Under the pieces are notes generated by a model. The model did not search any database. It was given only the letters and a program-made list of their open reading frames with translations, and had not been told where the DNA came from. From Nymphaea colorata (lineage: Eukaryota), in contig NC_045138.2 of NCBI RefSeq assembly GCF_008831285.2, positions 27,776,001 through 27,840,000 on the forward strand: DNA of 64,000 bases, in the 5' to 3' direction. Shown one piece after another: positions 1 to 13,272 of this stretch. The first letter of the stretch is position 1; every line of letters begins with the position of its first letter. The position numbers and the translations under genes are program-made.

Positions 1-623
1 GGTTGGTGTGAATGTGAATGAAACTCTTGTAGGAAGCAACTGCTTATTTTTCTAAATCACTATGAAGCCACGGTGTTATAAGATCTCTTCTCGTGTTATA
101 ACTTAATATCCTCTTTTCCTCGAAACATTCTTTTCTCATTTACGATAATCACTTTTTTTATTGCTAATTTAATGAGCGTACATTTATGTGCGAGCGATTA
201 CTTTTGATATAACTCAAACATTTTCCTTCATTTCTCTCTTCATAAAAACTCATTGTTAAGTGTTTAATGAAAGGAAGAATAAATGCAGCGGTTTGAGTTG
301 CTTCAATAGATGTTAGGAATTAGCTACCACCGTGAATAAAATTAAATTCCAACAAGACAGACCCTGACTTTTTTTTTTTTCTTCTACTTTTTCGCCCATA
401 ATGCTTAATGAATAGGGAGAACATGCAAAGGGAATTATATAAATCAAGTTGTAAAAAAGTTACTCTCGTGTTTCTCAATTAACAGCCAGTCCTAGCAGGA
501 TTTTTTCTCATTGGTAAAATTCTTGAGGCGTCCTTATCCAAACCACTATAGCTCATTTTTCTTCTTTTGGCAATAGGTGTTTCTTGTCGGTTTTGAACTC
601 GTGACATCCTACCAACTCTATAA

Positions 624-1347
624 TTTTCTGTTTAGGGTTGTATGAGGAAAATGCAAATAGTTTTCACCAACGCATATAAACACATCAAAAATTGAATTTG
701 AAAGAAAATTGGAGAGTTTAGAAACCATATGACCCAACTTCAATTACCCCAATGAAAAGTTGATACCTTTATTGCATGGGTGTCACCTCCCTTGGGTTTT
801 GTTAAGTTGAATATTGATGCGACTGCTAGAACAAATCCAAGAGACTTAGCGGCTTGTGGTTTATTTCAAAATGATAATGGAAAATGGTTATTTGGTTTCA
901 CTTGTCATGGTCATATAACCAAGGTTGAACTTATTCCTATTCTAAATAGTTTGAAATTAGTTTGGAAACTTGACTTTTATAAAGTTATTGTTGAATCACA
1001 TTCTTTGTTAGCTGTGAATAAGGTTTTAAAAGAAATGCAGCTCTCATGATCCTTTATTCTAGATAGTGAAGCAGTGTCAAGATTTGCTGAGACGAGTTTG
1101 TGAGTGTGTCGTATGTCATATGCATAAAGAAGCTAATATGTGTGCTGATTTTTTTGCTTCGTGTGTCTTTCAAGAATCCTTTAAAGTGACCGTTCTTACC
1201 AATCCATCAAGTCTGCATCGGTTGATTGATGATGATGTAATTGGTGTAACTCGACCTCGTGTCATAATTAGTTAATGCAGTTTTAAACGTATTATAGTTA
1301 ATTAATACGATTTCAAACCGCTCCTATCTATCAAAAAAAAAAAAAAA
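624..1347 (+). mobile_element. 5'-truncated L1-type LINE remnant encoding only a disrupted RNase H domain
   Basis: ORFs 780-1049 (SPPLGFVKLNIDAT...GLFQNDNGKWLFGF...KVEL...VIVESHS) and 1066-1275 (VCHMHKEANMCADFFA) match the plant LINE RNase H pattern and are separated by a stop and a frameshift. Poly(A) at 1333-1347. Candidate TSD accaactc(tataa) at 611-623 and accaactc(acataa) at 1347-1360. Confidence 0.8.
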
Positions 1348-2029
1348 CCAACTCACATAACCATATACTTCCACATGGAAAGTATTCCTCAACGTTTCTA
1401 GTCAAAGTTTGGCATCTCATCCAATTGAGAATATCTAGTTCTAACTTTATATATTTGGTTTACTTTGGAATTCCAAAGCAAGTAACGAATTTTCACCTTC
1501 AACTTGTCTAGATCCGACCCAAGTAACATGGGCAAGGAGGTTAGATATTTCCAATTTTTCACCGGAGAAAAATGGGATATCGGAAGACCGGCGATAATCC
1601 GGTGGTCGCCTATGAGGATGCCACGTACGCCTCGGCAGGCACCCTGTGGGTCCTCCACGTCAGGTTGACGCGGACGATTGAAACTTGCCCCCTTTTATAG
1701 TACGAGTAGATCTAAGAAAACGACAAACGGATGAGGATGACACCGACGACCCTCTCGTAATTACCATACCACCCTTACCAATTACGTAAATGACAGTTTT
1801 GTTTTAATTTCCCGTGAAAACAAAGTTTAAAAGGACGAGTTCATTGTTTGGCGTGCAGAATAAAATAAGGTTAACTCCGAAATCCCTATAATGTCCACAT
1901 CGATTTGATTTGTTGTAAACTTTCATTTAAGCGTAAGGAGAGACACCAGAGTGGAAGGGCAATTAGGCCAATTGAGAATAGTGGCAGTTTGGTAAAACTC
2001 CGCTCGAGCGCATGCAAATAGGAAGTATC

Positions 2030-2110
2030 GGTTGCTATAAAAGGCGGCCTCCTCCGAGGCCATCTCCACGCCAAAGCCGTTCGGGCCGTCCTCTACTCCC
2101 CGTTTTCTTG
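2030..2110 (+). promoter_or_regulatory. MIOX core promoter (TATA box) and probable non-coding first exon
   Basis: ctataaaa at ~2035-2042. A GT donor at 2111 and a TTTTTAG acceptor ending at 2423 define a 5'UTR intron before the ATG at 2448. Confidence 0.55.
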
Positions 2111-2447
2111 GTAACTCTTTTTCTTTGGATAGTTATTTTGTATTCTTTCGTTACGAATCTTGTTTGTTCTATGTCCTGATTATCTTAATTCTTATCATGG
2201 ATGTATTAAAATATAACAATGACAATTCAATATAATGAAACACACTAAATTAATAATGACCGTGCTCCTCATGGCGATGACGGAAAATGCTGTTCTTATC
2301 CCATTCTGACCAGAAAATGAACAGTCGATGGCGATTATCGCGATGGAGCTGCGATTCTTTTTTCTTCGTTCTGTGTAATCGTTTCTTAGATGCTCCGTTG
2401 ATCTGTTGCCTGTTGTTTTTTAGGTTCGTTTCTGGCTTTCCCTCAAA

Positions 2448-5400
2448 ATGACGGTCATCGTACCTGGTATGCACTTATATATAACTTTCTGTTGCCCATT
2501 TTTTCTTATGTGGTGAGAAGATTCTGAAATAGATTTATTTTTTTGGTGTGGAATGAAGAGCCTGTTCATGGGGCGGAGGAAGAGAAGAAGGTGAGCAAGG
2601 ATGAGTCGTCCACGCAAATGCGGATGAATCTGGTTCTTGACGGAGGTTTCGTGGTGCCGGAGAACAACGCGTTTGGAAACTCCTTCAGGTTAGTTAATTA
2701 ATTCATCCTGTTTGCGGTATCGCAGTTGTATTGTGATTGTTGTTCTTTTTATTTGTATTGTTTCCGAGGTTGGCGTTTTAGTTTCTGATTATGTTACTGT
2801 GTTGATGTGATCTGAGTTTGTTGTTTATTGTTGATCTTTGTTTTTCACGGCTTGGGGTCTCCATCTTGGAGTTGGAAGATGGAGATTAATGGGGAGTTCC
2901 GTATTTGTTGGTCTTCCTGAAAATGTGGGGCATGTCGACGTCTTCCGACGTGTCGATGATGTGTTCTTCCGCTTGGCTTTTGTTTGAATGCATGCATTGC
3001 AACTGGCAAGTTTCACCAAAATGAATTTTGGATCCTTTTTACCAACAACTCACATGCACCTTTACTTTTTTTTTCTGTCTCTTCATGAATGTTCTTTCTC
3101 TTTGTTTGCATGACAAAAAAAAAGAAAAGAAAAGAAAAAGAAAAAGCAATACTGGAGCAACACGTCTCCTTCATAGGCCAGTACAGCCTACAACGAACAG
3201 CCAAATAATTGGAAAACCTAGTGGCCAGTCCTTGGTTGAGAAATCCAACAAAATTGGTGGCATTTTCCTCGAATTGGATTGAGCAGATAGATTCGGGCCA
3301 CGCCTCTTGTTGGACGATAAGAACGGTTGACGATTTCTCTGCTGATGAACCATGATAGTTCTGTTTTTTTCAAAATTTTCGAAGCTTTTCTGATAGAATT
3401 TCAGTTTTGTTTCTTTTATACTAAGAATCGGTTTGCACATGCAGAGATTACGACAGGGAGAGCGAAAGGAAGGCGATTGTAGAGAACTTCTACAGAAAGA
3501 ACCACATCTACCAGACTTATGAATTCGTATGCCTTCTTGTCTCTTCCTTCTTTAGTTTTTAACTTTCCTTTCTTTTTTTTTTCATTCGGTTCTCTAAGTT
3601 GTTCCGTACCTGCTGTCTCTCGGAAAAGAAAAAATTTAAGTACGTATTTTTTTCCGAAAATTGCCCAAAATGGTTGTAGGGTTTTTTTTAGCTCCCACAT
3701 ACAAATTCCGGAAAAAGGACAGGCATTAAAAGGAAATACATAAAGGCTGGGTGGCTTTTGTAATTTTGTGGTATGTTCAAACATTTGTATTTGGGATACC
3801 AGTTGTTTAGAAATATCTCACATTTAATTCATGTAGGGCTTCGAAGTAGTTAGTGTACAATGAGGCCCAAAGAAAGAAGGTTAAGAAAGAAAGTAGGATG
3901 GAAGTTGACATCCAGCCCATTGCTGTGAGTAGTTGACAAAAGTTAGTCGATAGACATGTTAATATGTTTGATTTGGATTGGATGTCCAACCGAACCATTC
4001 CACAAAAATTGGATATAGAAAAATATATATATATATATCCAATTAAGAAATGGAATATAATTTCTTATTTGAAATCATATTAGATCATACTGCAAGGCCG
4101 GGGCTGACCTTTTTTCTCTCATACTACCTCACCTACTTTTTCTTTCTCGTTATGTATATATATATTCCTTTTGGTTTTCTATTTTTTTTCATATTGATGG
4201 TTGAGAAAAGCTGAAAGAAAATTTGTAAATTAATAATTCATAATTTCATTGGCTTTTAGTTTGGCTTCCTTTTAGGGGTTATATAGAAGCTGCAACAAGT
4301 TAACATGGGTCTGGTGTTGCCACATTGGATTTAAATCCATTGCTTAACATGCTTAATCCCAGTTCCTAGTTGAGTCTGAATTGACATCGAGTAATTTGTT
4401 AACTAGATTTCAGCTTTAGGTCTACACCCATTCTGCACTCAGCTGTTCTAGGGTTCTCAGCAACAACTTCAAATCAGAAAATTGATATGGTAGATTTGGT
4501 AGCTGGTGCATCCAGCAGTTCTTGTTAGCTATTCTGAACCAAGTCACAAGACCATGTTGGCAAAATGATATGGCCGGGGGTTCTGATTGCTGCCCCGTTT
4601 GTGTATTAGGCCAACAAGAAGAAGGCCGAGTTTGCAGAGCTGGACAGAGCAGTAATGGGCATCTGGGAATGCTGTGAGCTCCTTCACAACTATGTTGATG
4701 AGAGTGACCCTGATCTCGACGAGCCACAGATTGAGCATCTTCTTCAAACAGCAGAAGCCATCCGAAGAGATTATCCTGATGAAGATTGGCTTCATCTCAC
4801 TGCACTTATTCATGGTAAGAACCGTTTGCTGCGGCACTGCACAAGCATAGTGACCCTTGAAATTTTGAATCGGTCTTGGCTTGGTTCTGTGTGGGTCCTC
4901 TTAGTTCCATTAATTAAGCTTTATTTAATACATCAAGCTTTAGATTTGTTTAAGTTTTCATTTGTTTTTTGGTGCTCAATTCTGCCAGATCTTGGAAAGG
5001 TGATGCTTCATCCTACCTTTGGCGAACAGCCGCAATGGTGTGTTGTTGGTAAGATATATGGCTATTGACAGAACAATTTTCTTGGAATGTGATCTTCTTT
5101 TTGCGGATAACCAATTTCGTTAATGCAGGTGATACTTATCCACTTGGGTGTGCTTTTGATGAGAACATAGTCTACTCCAAGGTAACTATTTCGTTTGAAC
5201 AATTCTTACTGAGCTAGAACCTTACTGGTCTGATCTGACCAGGACCAGGCCCATCACTCAGGTGCTGGTCAGAGCGAAGACAATGAAAATTTTCTCCTCT
5301 GTTTGGTTCTATAGTTAGCTAGCTCTAACTTGACTAACATCATTGCGTTGGCTCAATATGGTGCAGTACTTCAAGGAGAACCCGGACTATAACCATCCTG

Positions 5401-5995
5401 TCTACAGCACAAAGCTTGGTGTATACACAGAGAACTGTGGCCTTGATAAGGTCACCATGACATGGGGCCACGACGAGTACATGTACTGGGTACGCCATTG
5501 CTCACCATCCCTTCCCTTTTGAAACTTCTGTTCATCCAAATTTAGTTTGGTCACATTGACACATCGAACTTGTCGTAACAGGTGGCGAAGCAGAACAACA
5601 CCAGATTGCCACCAGAAGCTCTTTTCATCATCAGGTTCCACTCATTCTATGGTAAGGAGTTCACTGCTCGTCTTTCTGGATTTGAGACTGAGTAGTGGGT
5701 CTTTCATCTTTCATGTTGCGAACTGACTTGAGAGAAAAACCTCTGGCCAGCAATGCACCGGAGTGGAGGATACAGATATCTCATGAATGATGAAGACAAG
5801 GAGATGCTTAAATGGGTCCTCATATTCAAGTAGCCTGTTGAACCCCAGTCCCTTTTTCTTTACTCTAATTTGGTCACTGAAAGCATTAACTGTTTCTTGT
5901 TGATTTTCTGCAGCAAATATGATCTTTATAGCAAGAGCAAAGTGAAGGTCAACCTCGAGGATGTCAAGCCCTATTACCAGTCATTAATTGATAAG

Positions 5996-6040
<45 letters not shown>

Positions 6041-6140
6041 CTCTCCCTCTCTTTCTCTCGCTCTCTCCCTCTCTTTTCATTGTAGCAAAAGATTGTGATT
6101 TATTTTTTTGCAGTATTTCCCGGAAAAACTCCGATGGTGA
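2448..6140 (+). CDS. MIOX: Myo-inositol oxygenase (~309 aa, 11 coding exons)
   Basis: Exons 2448-2466, 2559-2688, 3445-3526, 4610-4814, 4989-5048, 5129-5181, 5367-5489, 5582-5651, 5751-5829, 5914-5995 and 6114-6140. All are GT-AG and total 930 nt in frame. Motifs: [68 protein letters not shown]. Confidence 0.96.
5999..6074. repeat. (CT)n microsatellite in the last MIOX intron
   Basis: Long CT dinucleotide run directly after the exon-10 donor. Confidence 0.9.
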
Positions 6141-7808
6141 GAGGAAAGATCCGAGCGGTGATGGTGACACGGGGATTTGGTTTTCATGTTTGCTTTCTGT
6201 CTTCGCGTTTGAGCTCCTAAAAATTTGATTTGTTTGGCGGATGGGCTCATGAAATAAAAGGTCTTCTGATATCGTTTCTTGTGCATCCTTCTGTTCATCT
6301 TGTTATTTTCCACCACCAATTTACTCATTCCCAAGTCTACCGTGACCAATAAGACTGCAATAATTCAGATATAATCGGCTATCTAAATTGAGAACCTGTT
6401 GAATCGAAATGCTGCAAAGCTTATAAATTCATGAAATATCCATGCATCTATCAAAGAAGGTTTCAGATCCTTGCTAGAAATCAAGGTTCCAAATTCTATT
6501 CTGATACGCACTTGTAAAGTTCTAAATTTTACTACGAGATGAACCAAAAAAAAAAATCAGAAAAGAGTGAAACTTGCTGCATCAATTTGGAATTGCTTCT
6601 TAACCATCGGCTATGAGACTGAATCCTTATTTTTGCACTTCGAAGTTTACCGATTGCCAACCATGGGTGACGGGTGTTGCCAGTAGGAACGAAATTTGAC
6701 ATTTTTGGTGACCAGGCTATTTGTGTTGGGTACCTAGAAGAAGAACGATCGACCCTGATAAAAAATGACCATGAGAGAGCATGTGCCATACATTCCTTAA
6801 AAGTCTGATCGTCCTTTCGATATTGAACGATTCGATGCATCATAGAATTGAGGAGAGCTCCACCCATACAAAAAGGTCGCTTACTTAATGAATAACAGAA
6901 ACATAAAATTTAAATGTTATTAGTTCACCGTGAGAATGTAAGAAGGGAAATGAAGGAGCTTGAAGACGACTCAGTCGGCCACAAATGAAGAATCTTCGGC
7001 ATTTTACGTCCGTCCCTTTTTTTTCCGGAAGCATATCCCAAAATGTCAAGAAGATAGACCTATGCACGTTTTAACAAGACAGACATTTTATATTCAGCTC
7101 AATGAAGCTTTCCATTACATTTCCAATTCTTCCAGGAACTTTGTTTCAAGTGAAAATATTGAAGCGTAACTGCATTCACCATACCACTTTGAATCGTCTC
7201 ACACATTTTGGGGTTAAGCCTCCTTGGTAAGAGGCACGTTTCGACCATTCAAGAACGCTTGAGCATCGAAACTCCTGAAAAAAACAGGCTGAGGTCATGA
7301 GGCCCAATGCACGAAGTAAAAGCTGTGAACCTCTTAACACTCGAAGATAATACCTTCAAAAATCATGCGACACCAAATTCAAATAAAGTCAAACAGGATT
7401 TACACGCAAATTAACTACTGCCAATGGAAGCTAAAGTTACTTAAAACTCATCCTAATTTTCATTATTTACAAATATCATAAACTCACGGAGTCAGACATT
7501 GGCTTTGTAAGGGTCCAAATATCGGGTACATACTCAAACCAACAACAGAAACCCAAAAGTAAGTGAGATCCAAATGAATGTAGCGAACTTGAACATTGTT
7601 ACACTTCATTCTACGTCAATGGTTAGTGCTTTTAAAATCCACTAGATGCCTATGGTCCAAACAAGCACCAGAGGGATGGGTAGCGGTTCATGCTGACCCA
7701 TGTCTCCTTAAACACCTGCCTGATCAAAATCAGCCTGAATGAATTGCTATAGAATGAATAAAGGGCTTCACTTTTCGATCTTGGGCATTTGGGACAGCCT
7801 TTGTGGTT

Positions 7809-8697
7809 CTACTTTTCTAGTCTTGGTCTCTTGGATGGCCCTTCATCAATTATTGGGTCACGAGGATACTGTGAATCCGACGACTGCTGTGCTTCAGAGC
7901 CTTTTTCTGCATCGGAGGCTTGTGGTGGAGTGTATCCTTCAGGAAATGGGGGTGGAGGAGGTGCCGGAGGCAGCTGCATACACACACACACACACACAGA
8001 GACAGAGCTCAGTTACTTTCAAACATTGTAGCAGCTAGACGGATATGAAACTGGCACCACAAGTTCCATCCATGTTTTATGATAAGGACCTCATTAGTTC
8101 TGTCGTACCCTTTTGGAATCATGATAGTCAATATGCACCAACAGAGGCAACGGAATAAGATAGAAAAGATACCTTCCGCAGCAAAGATCCAAGAATGTGA
8201 TCAACACGTTTAACTTCCTTCAAGTCAATGGCATCTTTCCCGGTGGTTCTTGGCTCCACAATGGCGCTGTCATTTTCAGAATCAACTGCAAAGAAAAAAG
8301 ATACATCCAAAGCCAATTTCCTGAGGTTATCAACAACAAAGACATAATTATTTAGCACTACAAGATCAGAAAAAATAAATGAACCAAAGGAATTGCAGAA
8401 CGGAAGCTTATAGGCAGATCACTTCCAATGTCCAAACAAATAGCAAATGTTATTTTCTATGACATTTCCAAATTGTAATTTATAGTGATATAATGGGAAA
8501 GCAACCATTGAAGAATGATTACTACAGAGAAAGCAATCATTGAAAATGATAAGAATATAGATGCATTAAAGTTAATTGCAAACTTAAATGAGGAGCTCAC
8601 TGGGAAAGATTAGGTGCCCTTGGATGACAGACGAGAATAGTTGCATGAAAATTTCATATTGAAAATTAAATTCTAGAGGTATTTTTGGACAGGAGGC

Positions 8698-8745
<48 letters not shown>

Positions 8746-11700
8746 GAGAGAGATTTCATAAATCACTTGGAGTATTAGCTATGCTAACAAGTGTTATCTG
8801 CCATTGACTAAGCCTTAAGCACCAAATGAAGCTTTTAACTACAATATTGCAAGCAAGCAAATGAAGTGAATTGAAGTCATCATTCAAAAGGCACAAACAA
8901 CATAACGCAGAACTCATGTTGATATCCAGATAGCAACTGAAACTTCATATTCACATCCAAATATCCTCTTGAACCACTATTGACCCATGTAATTTATGGT
9001 CTGAACGAAGAGTATAAAGTATAATGCTTCAGCAATTTATATATAAAGTCGTAAATACATTTCCACAGAACCATCAACATAACTCTAGACATCTAGTTTG
9101 AGCTTTTACCAAGTGGCACTAGGTGCTTGATTGATCAGAAGCAGAGGAAATCAAAGTAGGTGCAGAACAATGAAAATATCATTGAACATTTCTATAGGAA
9201 AGGACAGAGAGGGAAAAACAGATGATTAACAAGCATAGTACAGGTTGCTTGAATACCATGTCCGATCTTTTCCAATTTTGATGCAGCAATTGAGAATGCC
9301 TTTTGTATGTGATAAAGCGCCCGTGCCTGTCAATTGAGAGAATAAGCACAAAACTGAAGCTCATACTGCAAAGTTTTCACCACCTTGATGATACTTGAAG
9401 ACCATCAATAGCAAATCAAAGTCATTAGGGACAAAATGCTAGAAGTTGTGGAATGAATTTCATGGTTAATGAATTTAAGCCTCTTTTGAACAGCTAATAT
9501 CAAAATATAAGCATCTGAATAATTCAAAGTACTATATTAAAAGGAATTACAAAGAGCAACAGAAGACAAGGTTAGTCTATTGTGCTGGATATTTTTGCAT
9601 ATCCCTTCTGCTTGTTCTACCCATTTATCATGAGAGCCCAAATTTATGACTGAATTTGCAAATACAAGTATTTTCTACTATTCATACCATACAAATCTGG
9701 AAATTATAGGTTGAAACTAGAATAATTCAGTCGGATCACATGCCTGAGTTCCTTCCATTTGCTGGTATTTGCAGTACGCACTGACATTTTTCTTGTAAGA
9801 TTGTAACTTTCTTGACATGAAATTTTCTTACATTAGGGTCCCTGACCATTCAGCCGTTTGCAACAGACTACTTAGCAATGGCAAGCAGACAACAATGAAT
9901 TTGCTTTCTCCATAGCAAACCATGTATTTCAAGGGCTAAGTTGTTAGAGTCAGATAAAGGTTGTTGAAGGCCCCCAACAGACTAGTCAGTTGTACACACA
10001 CACCAAACCCCGCCCCCCCCCCACAAGCAGAACACAATGACTAGGTTGACTATTTAATACTGTGACCAACTAGTCACCACTTTGACAACATAAGTCAATT
10101 TACAAGCGACTTGACTGACCAGTCGGTCGCTAGTTGGGATTTCAGTTATATTGCAGGATCTCACTAAAGAAGAAAAGACTAAAAGAACATGAAAAACTCA
10201 TACTCAGTCATATGTTTGCTTTAAATAGTAAATCATATTTGACAGTTTGGTGCTCTGCAAGCAGCTAATTCTTACATGGACACACACATAAATAAATGCA
10301 TATACCTGCACCTTCATATACATGCCTGTATACCTTCATGCACAGCAACAATAATCCTATTACACATATTTAGGAGTCGACTGTTATCCCATTTCACAAA
10401 TAAAAGTGCCTGTATATCTTCATGCACAGCAACACTAATCTCATTACACACATTTAGGAGTTTGACTGCTTTCACACTTCACAAATAAATGATACTTGAC
10501 TGCATCCTACTTGTGACATGGTAAGACAAGCTAAAGCTAAATATGTCACCATCTTAGCATTTTATATGATACTACAACAGATCGAATCTGAAGCTCCATA
10601 AGGTGCACAATTCTCCATCTATCACACAGGGAATCAATTCAAAAAATACATTAGACATATTCTATTGGCCACTAAAATCATTTTAGCATTTTGTGAATCA
10701 TGGATTCAGGCTTCATCTGAGACCCCATTGTAATTGAGCATGAGGTTATGGCCATTTAATCAAATGTGCTTGGTTTCTTCAATTAGAACTTATTGTTGTT
10801 TTGATCTTTCAGAATAGGACAGTTGCAATTTTGGCAGCCCAAGATAAGTGTAAAATATTCATCAGATAACAAGTAAAGCAAGATGAACTCTATGAAGTTC
10901 CAGACATCGAACTGGTAATAAAAAAAACGAGGAACAATATTTTCAAAAAGCAAGGAATTTGGGACCAGAGATATCATTTTTAGAGGAACAGTTATCTTAC
11001 ACAACCATTGAAATGGAAAAGAAGAAGATGCCAGAAAAAAAAAAACCATGCAAAAGTATATTACATACAATCCGCGAAGAAAAGACGTTACAAAGCTGTG
11101 GTGCTTGGTATATTGAACCGTCTAGGATGTAGTAACTGAGCATCGGGGTGACTTTCTCAGGGCTATCTCTCTTCTGCTTTCGGATGACAAAGAGATGGGG
11201 TTCCAAAACTTCACTCAACACGTACTCCGTGCCAGTCATATTTCTATTCAAGGAACAAAAAAAAAACACTGTTAAAGAAACCATAGTTAAAATTCAACAA
11301 GGACAATCCCCACAAAAAAAAAAAAAAATCCCCTGAATCAACATAAACTGCGAATGGAGTTACGTTGCTTTCAGAAGCAAAACGGAGAGTTCCTGCCATG
11401 TGAATCATAAGTTTCAAGGTGCAACTTCCTCGAATAAGAACGGAAAGAAAAAGAAAAAAAAAAAAACTATTTCGCGAACTTCCATAAAGACGTATTTAAT
11501 GGATTTACAAGAGAAAGGGGATGGCAACAAAGAAACCAGGAGATCAAACAGGCACTAATTTCTGAATTGGATCGAAGTAGATCAATGCAGATAAAGGAAA
11601 AGATAATAAAACTCGCTGCCACTATTTTCGCTACAAAAGCAAAAGAAACGACAGAACTAAATCAATCGCAAAATACTCTCAGGGAGGGAAATAAAAAAAA

Positions 11701-12139
11701 AAGGGAAACAGATCCAATTCCAACAATTTGGAGAAAAAAGGGCAGGAAAGCCCAATTTTTTATCAATCTCAACTCCTTACGCTGGTCACCCAATCACAGT
11801 AAAACCGGTCCAGAGGAAGTATAGAAAGGGAGGAAGAGGGATGGGCGGCAGGGTGTGAAGGGGAGGAGTTAGCGGTACTGACGTAAGCTGGGAAAGGTCC
11901 AGCGGGTGGATGGACCGCATGCGTAGTTGTTCGTTGTTGCAGGACCAGTCATAGAAGGGGGAGAGGGCGAAGTAGTCGAAGACGAGGTTGCGGTCAAGAG
12001 GGAAAGTGTTGAGCCACAGCTGGTCCCTGAAGCAGATCCCCGTCATGTCAGTCCCGGGAGGTGGTGGCGCCGTCGGTGGTGCTCCTTCAACCCCCATCCC
12101 AACACCAACGTTCGGTGGGGGAAGGGGTGTTCCCGCCAT
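7809..12139 (-). CDS. MED6: Mediator of RNA polymerase II transcription subunit 6 (~259 aa, 5 exons)
   Basis: Exons 12139-11883, 11243-11069, 9326-9257, 8285-8173 and 7973-7809. All are GT-AG and total 780 nt in frame. Motifs: [42 protein letters not shown]...[60 protein letters not shown]. Confidence 0.95.
10323..10490. repeat. Imperfect tandem duplication (2 x ~84 bp) in MED6 intron 2
   Basis: tgcctgtata...catgcacagcaaca...tttaggagt...cacaaataaa starts at 10323 and again at 10407. Confidence 0.85.
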
Positions 12140-13098
12140 CTCTCTCTCAGGCTCTTCTCCCTTCACCTGCGTGAGGAATTTTGGGTTTCAGGTGCCCTGC
12201 ACCCCATGCCAGGTACGGGGTAGATATCCGAACACCTATGGGACGTTTGGTTACTCGGATTTGAAATCCATGAACATGTGGCAAGATTGTTGCTAAAACC
12301 TACGATTCATCAAATTAAAGGACATGGGTTAGACATAAGATCTACGCTTAAGATTGTTATTTTATATTTTTATACTAAAAAATCGAATTTAAGATCCTAT
12401 GAATGGATATCAAATCCAAAACTACGAAATGTCTCGTTAAAATCTATTAGTTAAAATCTATTAGTCAATCTAGCAAACAAAAGATATCTAATTGTCGATT
12501 TATTGGACTAAAATTTTATTTTTTGACATCTCACCTTGAGTGTGGTATAAACTGGTGGGGATTAATCTAGGCATTACCAGTTCTCATGGACATTTCTCCC
12601 ATCCGTCTAAAAGTAGTCTTGGACCCGAAAAGTATTAGAAAAGTGGGATGCTTTATTTGTGGGCATGTGGGTTGTAATTCTCTCGCTCTCCTTCTCACCT
12701 GGACATCCTAGATGGGGCTTAAGCTCAGTTTTAGGTAATGTTGTCTAAACTTAAACTGATTACATAAGTACAATTGAGTTATCTCTGACCGAAGTACTCT
12801 GGTCCCCTTGCCTGAGACAGGAGGATAAAAAGGTTGTTTGATTCTCATTCCTGCTGAAACGACTGGAGAATGGGGAGCCATTCTTGGCCTGAACTTTCTG
12901 CCTGCCGAAGTTTGTGTTCGCTTTTAAAGTATGTGGAACACCTTCATTTTGCATTGGGAGTGTGTTTATAGCCATTTCGCTAACAACAGAATGGTTAGAT
13001 TCAGACCTTCGAGTTCATACCTTTCATATTTCTCTGTTTTATGAGTATGTTTTCATTGTTGATTTCCTGCAACTGGAGCTGCTACCATGATCACGATG

Positions 13099-13272
13099 CA
13101 GGGCGGATCCCGAAGATCGAGGTTAAGGGCACTAGATACAAAGGTTTAAATTTTTAAGGAGTATCAATATATAAATGAAAAAATTTGCTCAGAAATATCA
13201 ATATAAAAAGAAGAAGATTGGGCTCCGTGTGAACAATGGCCCAAACATGACCCACACCTGGCTCCGCCCATG
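13099..13272. mobile_element. hAT-like MITE (GGGCGGAGCC-type terminal repeats)
   Basis: Ends cagggcggatcc / ggctccgcccatg are near-inverted. The flanking 8-mers tcacgatg / tcgccatg match at 6 of 8 positions (decayed TSD). AT-rich interior. Confidence 0.6.
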
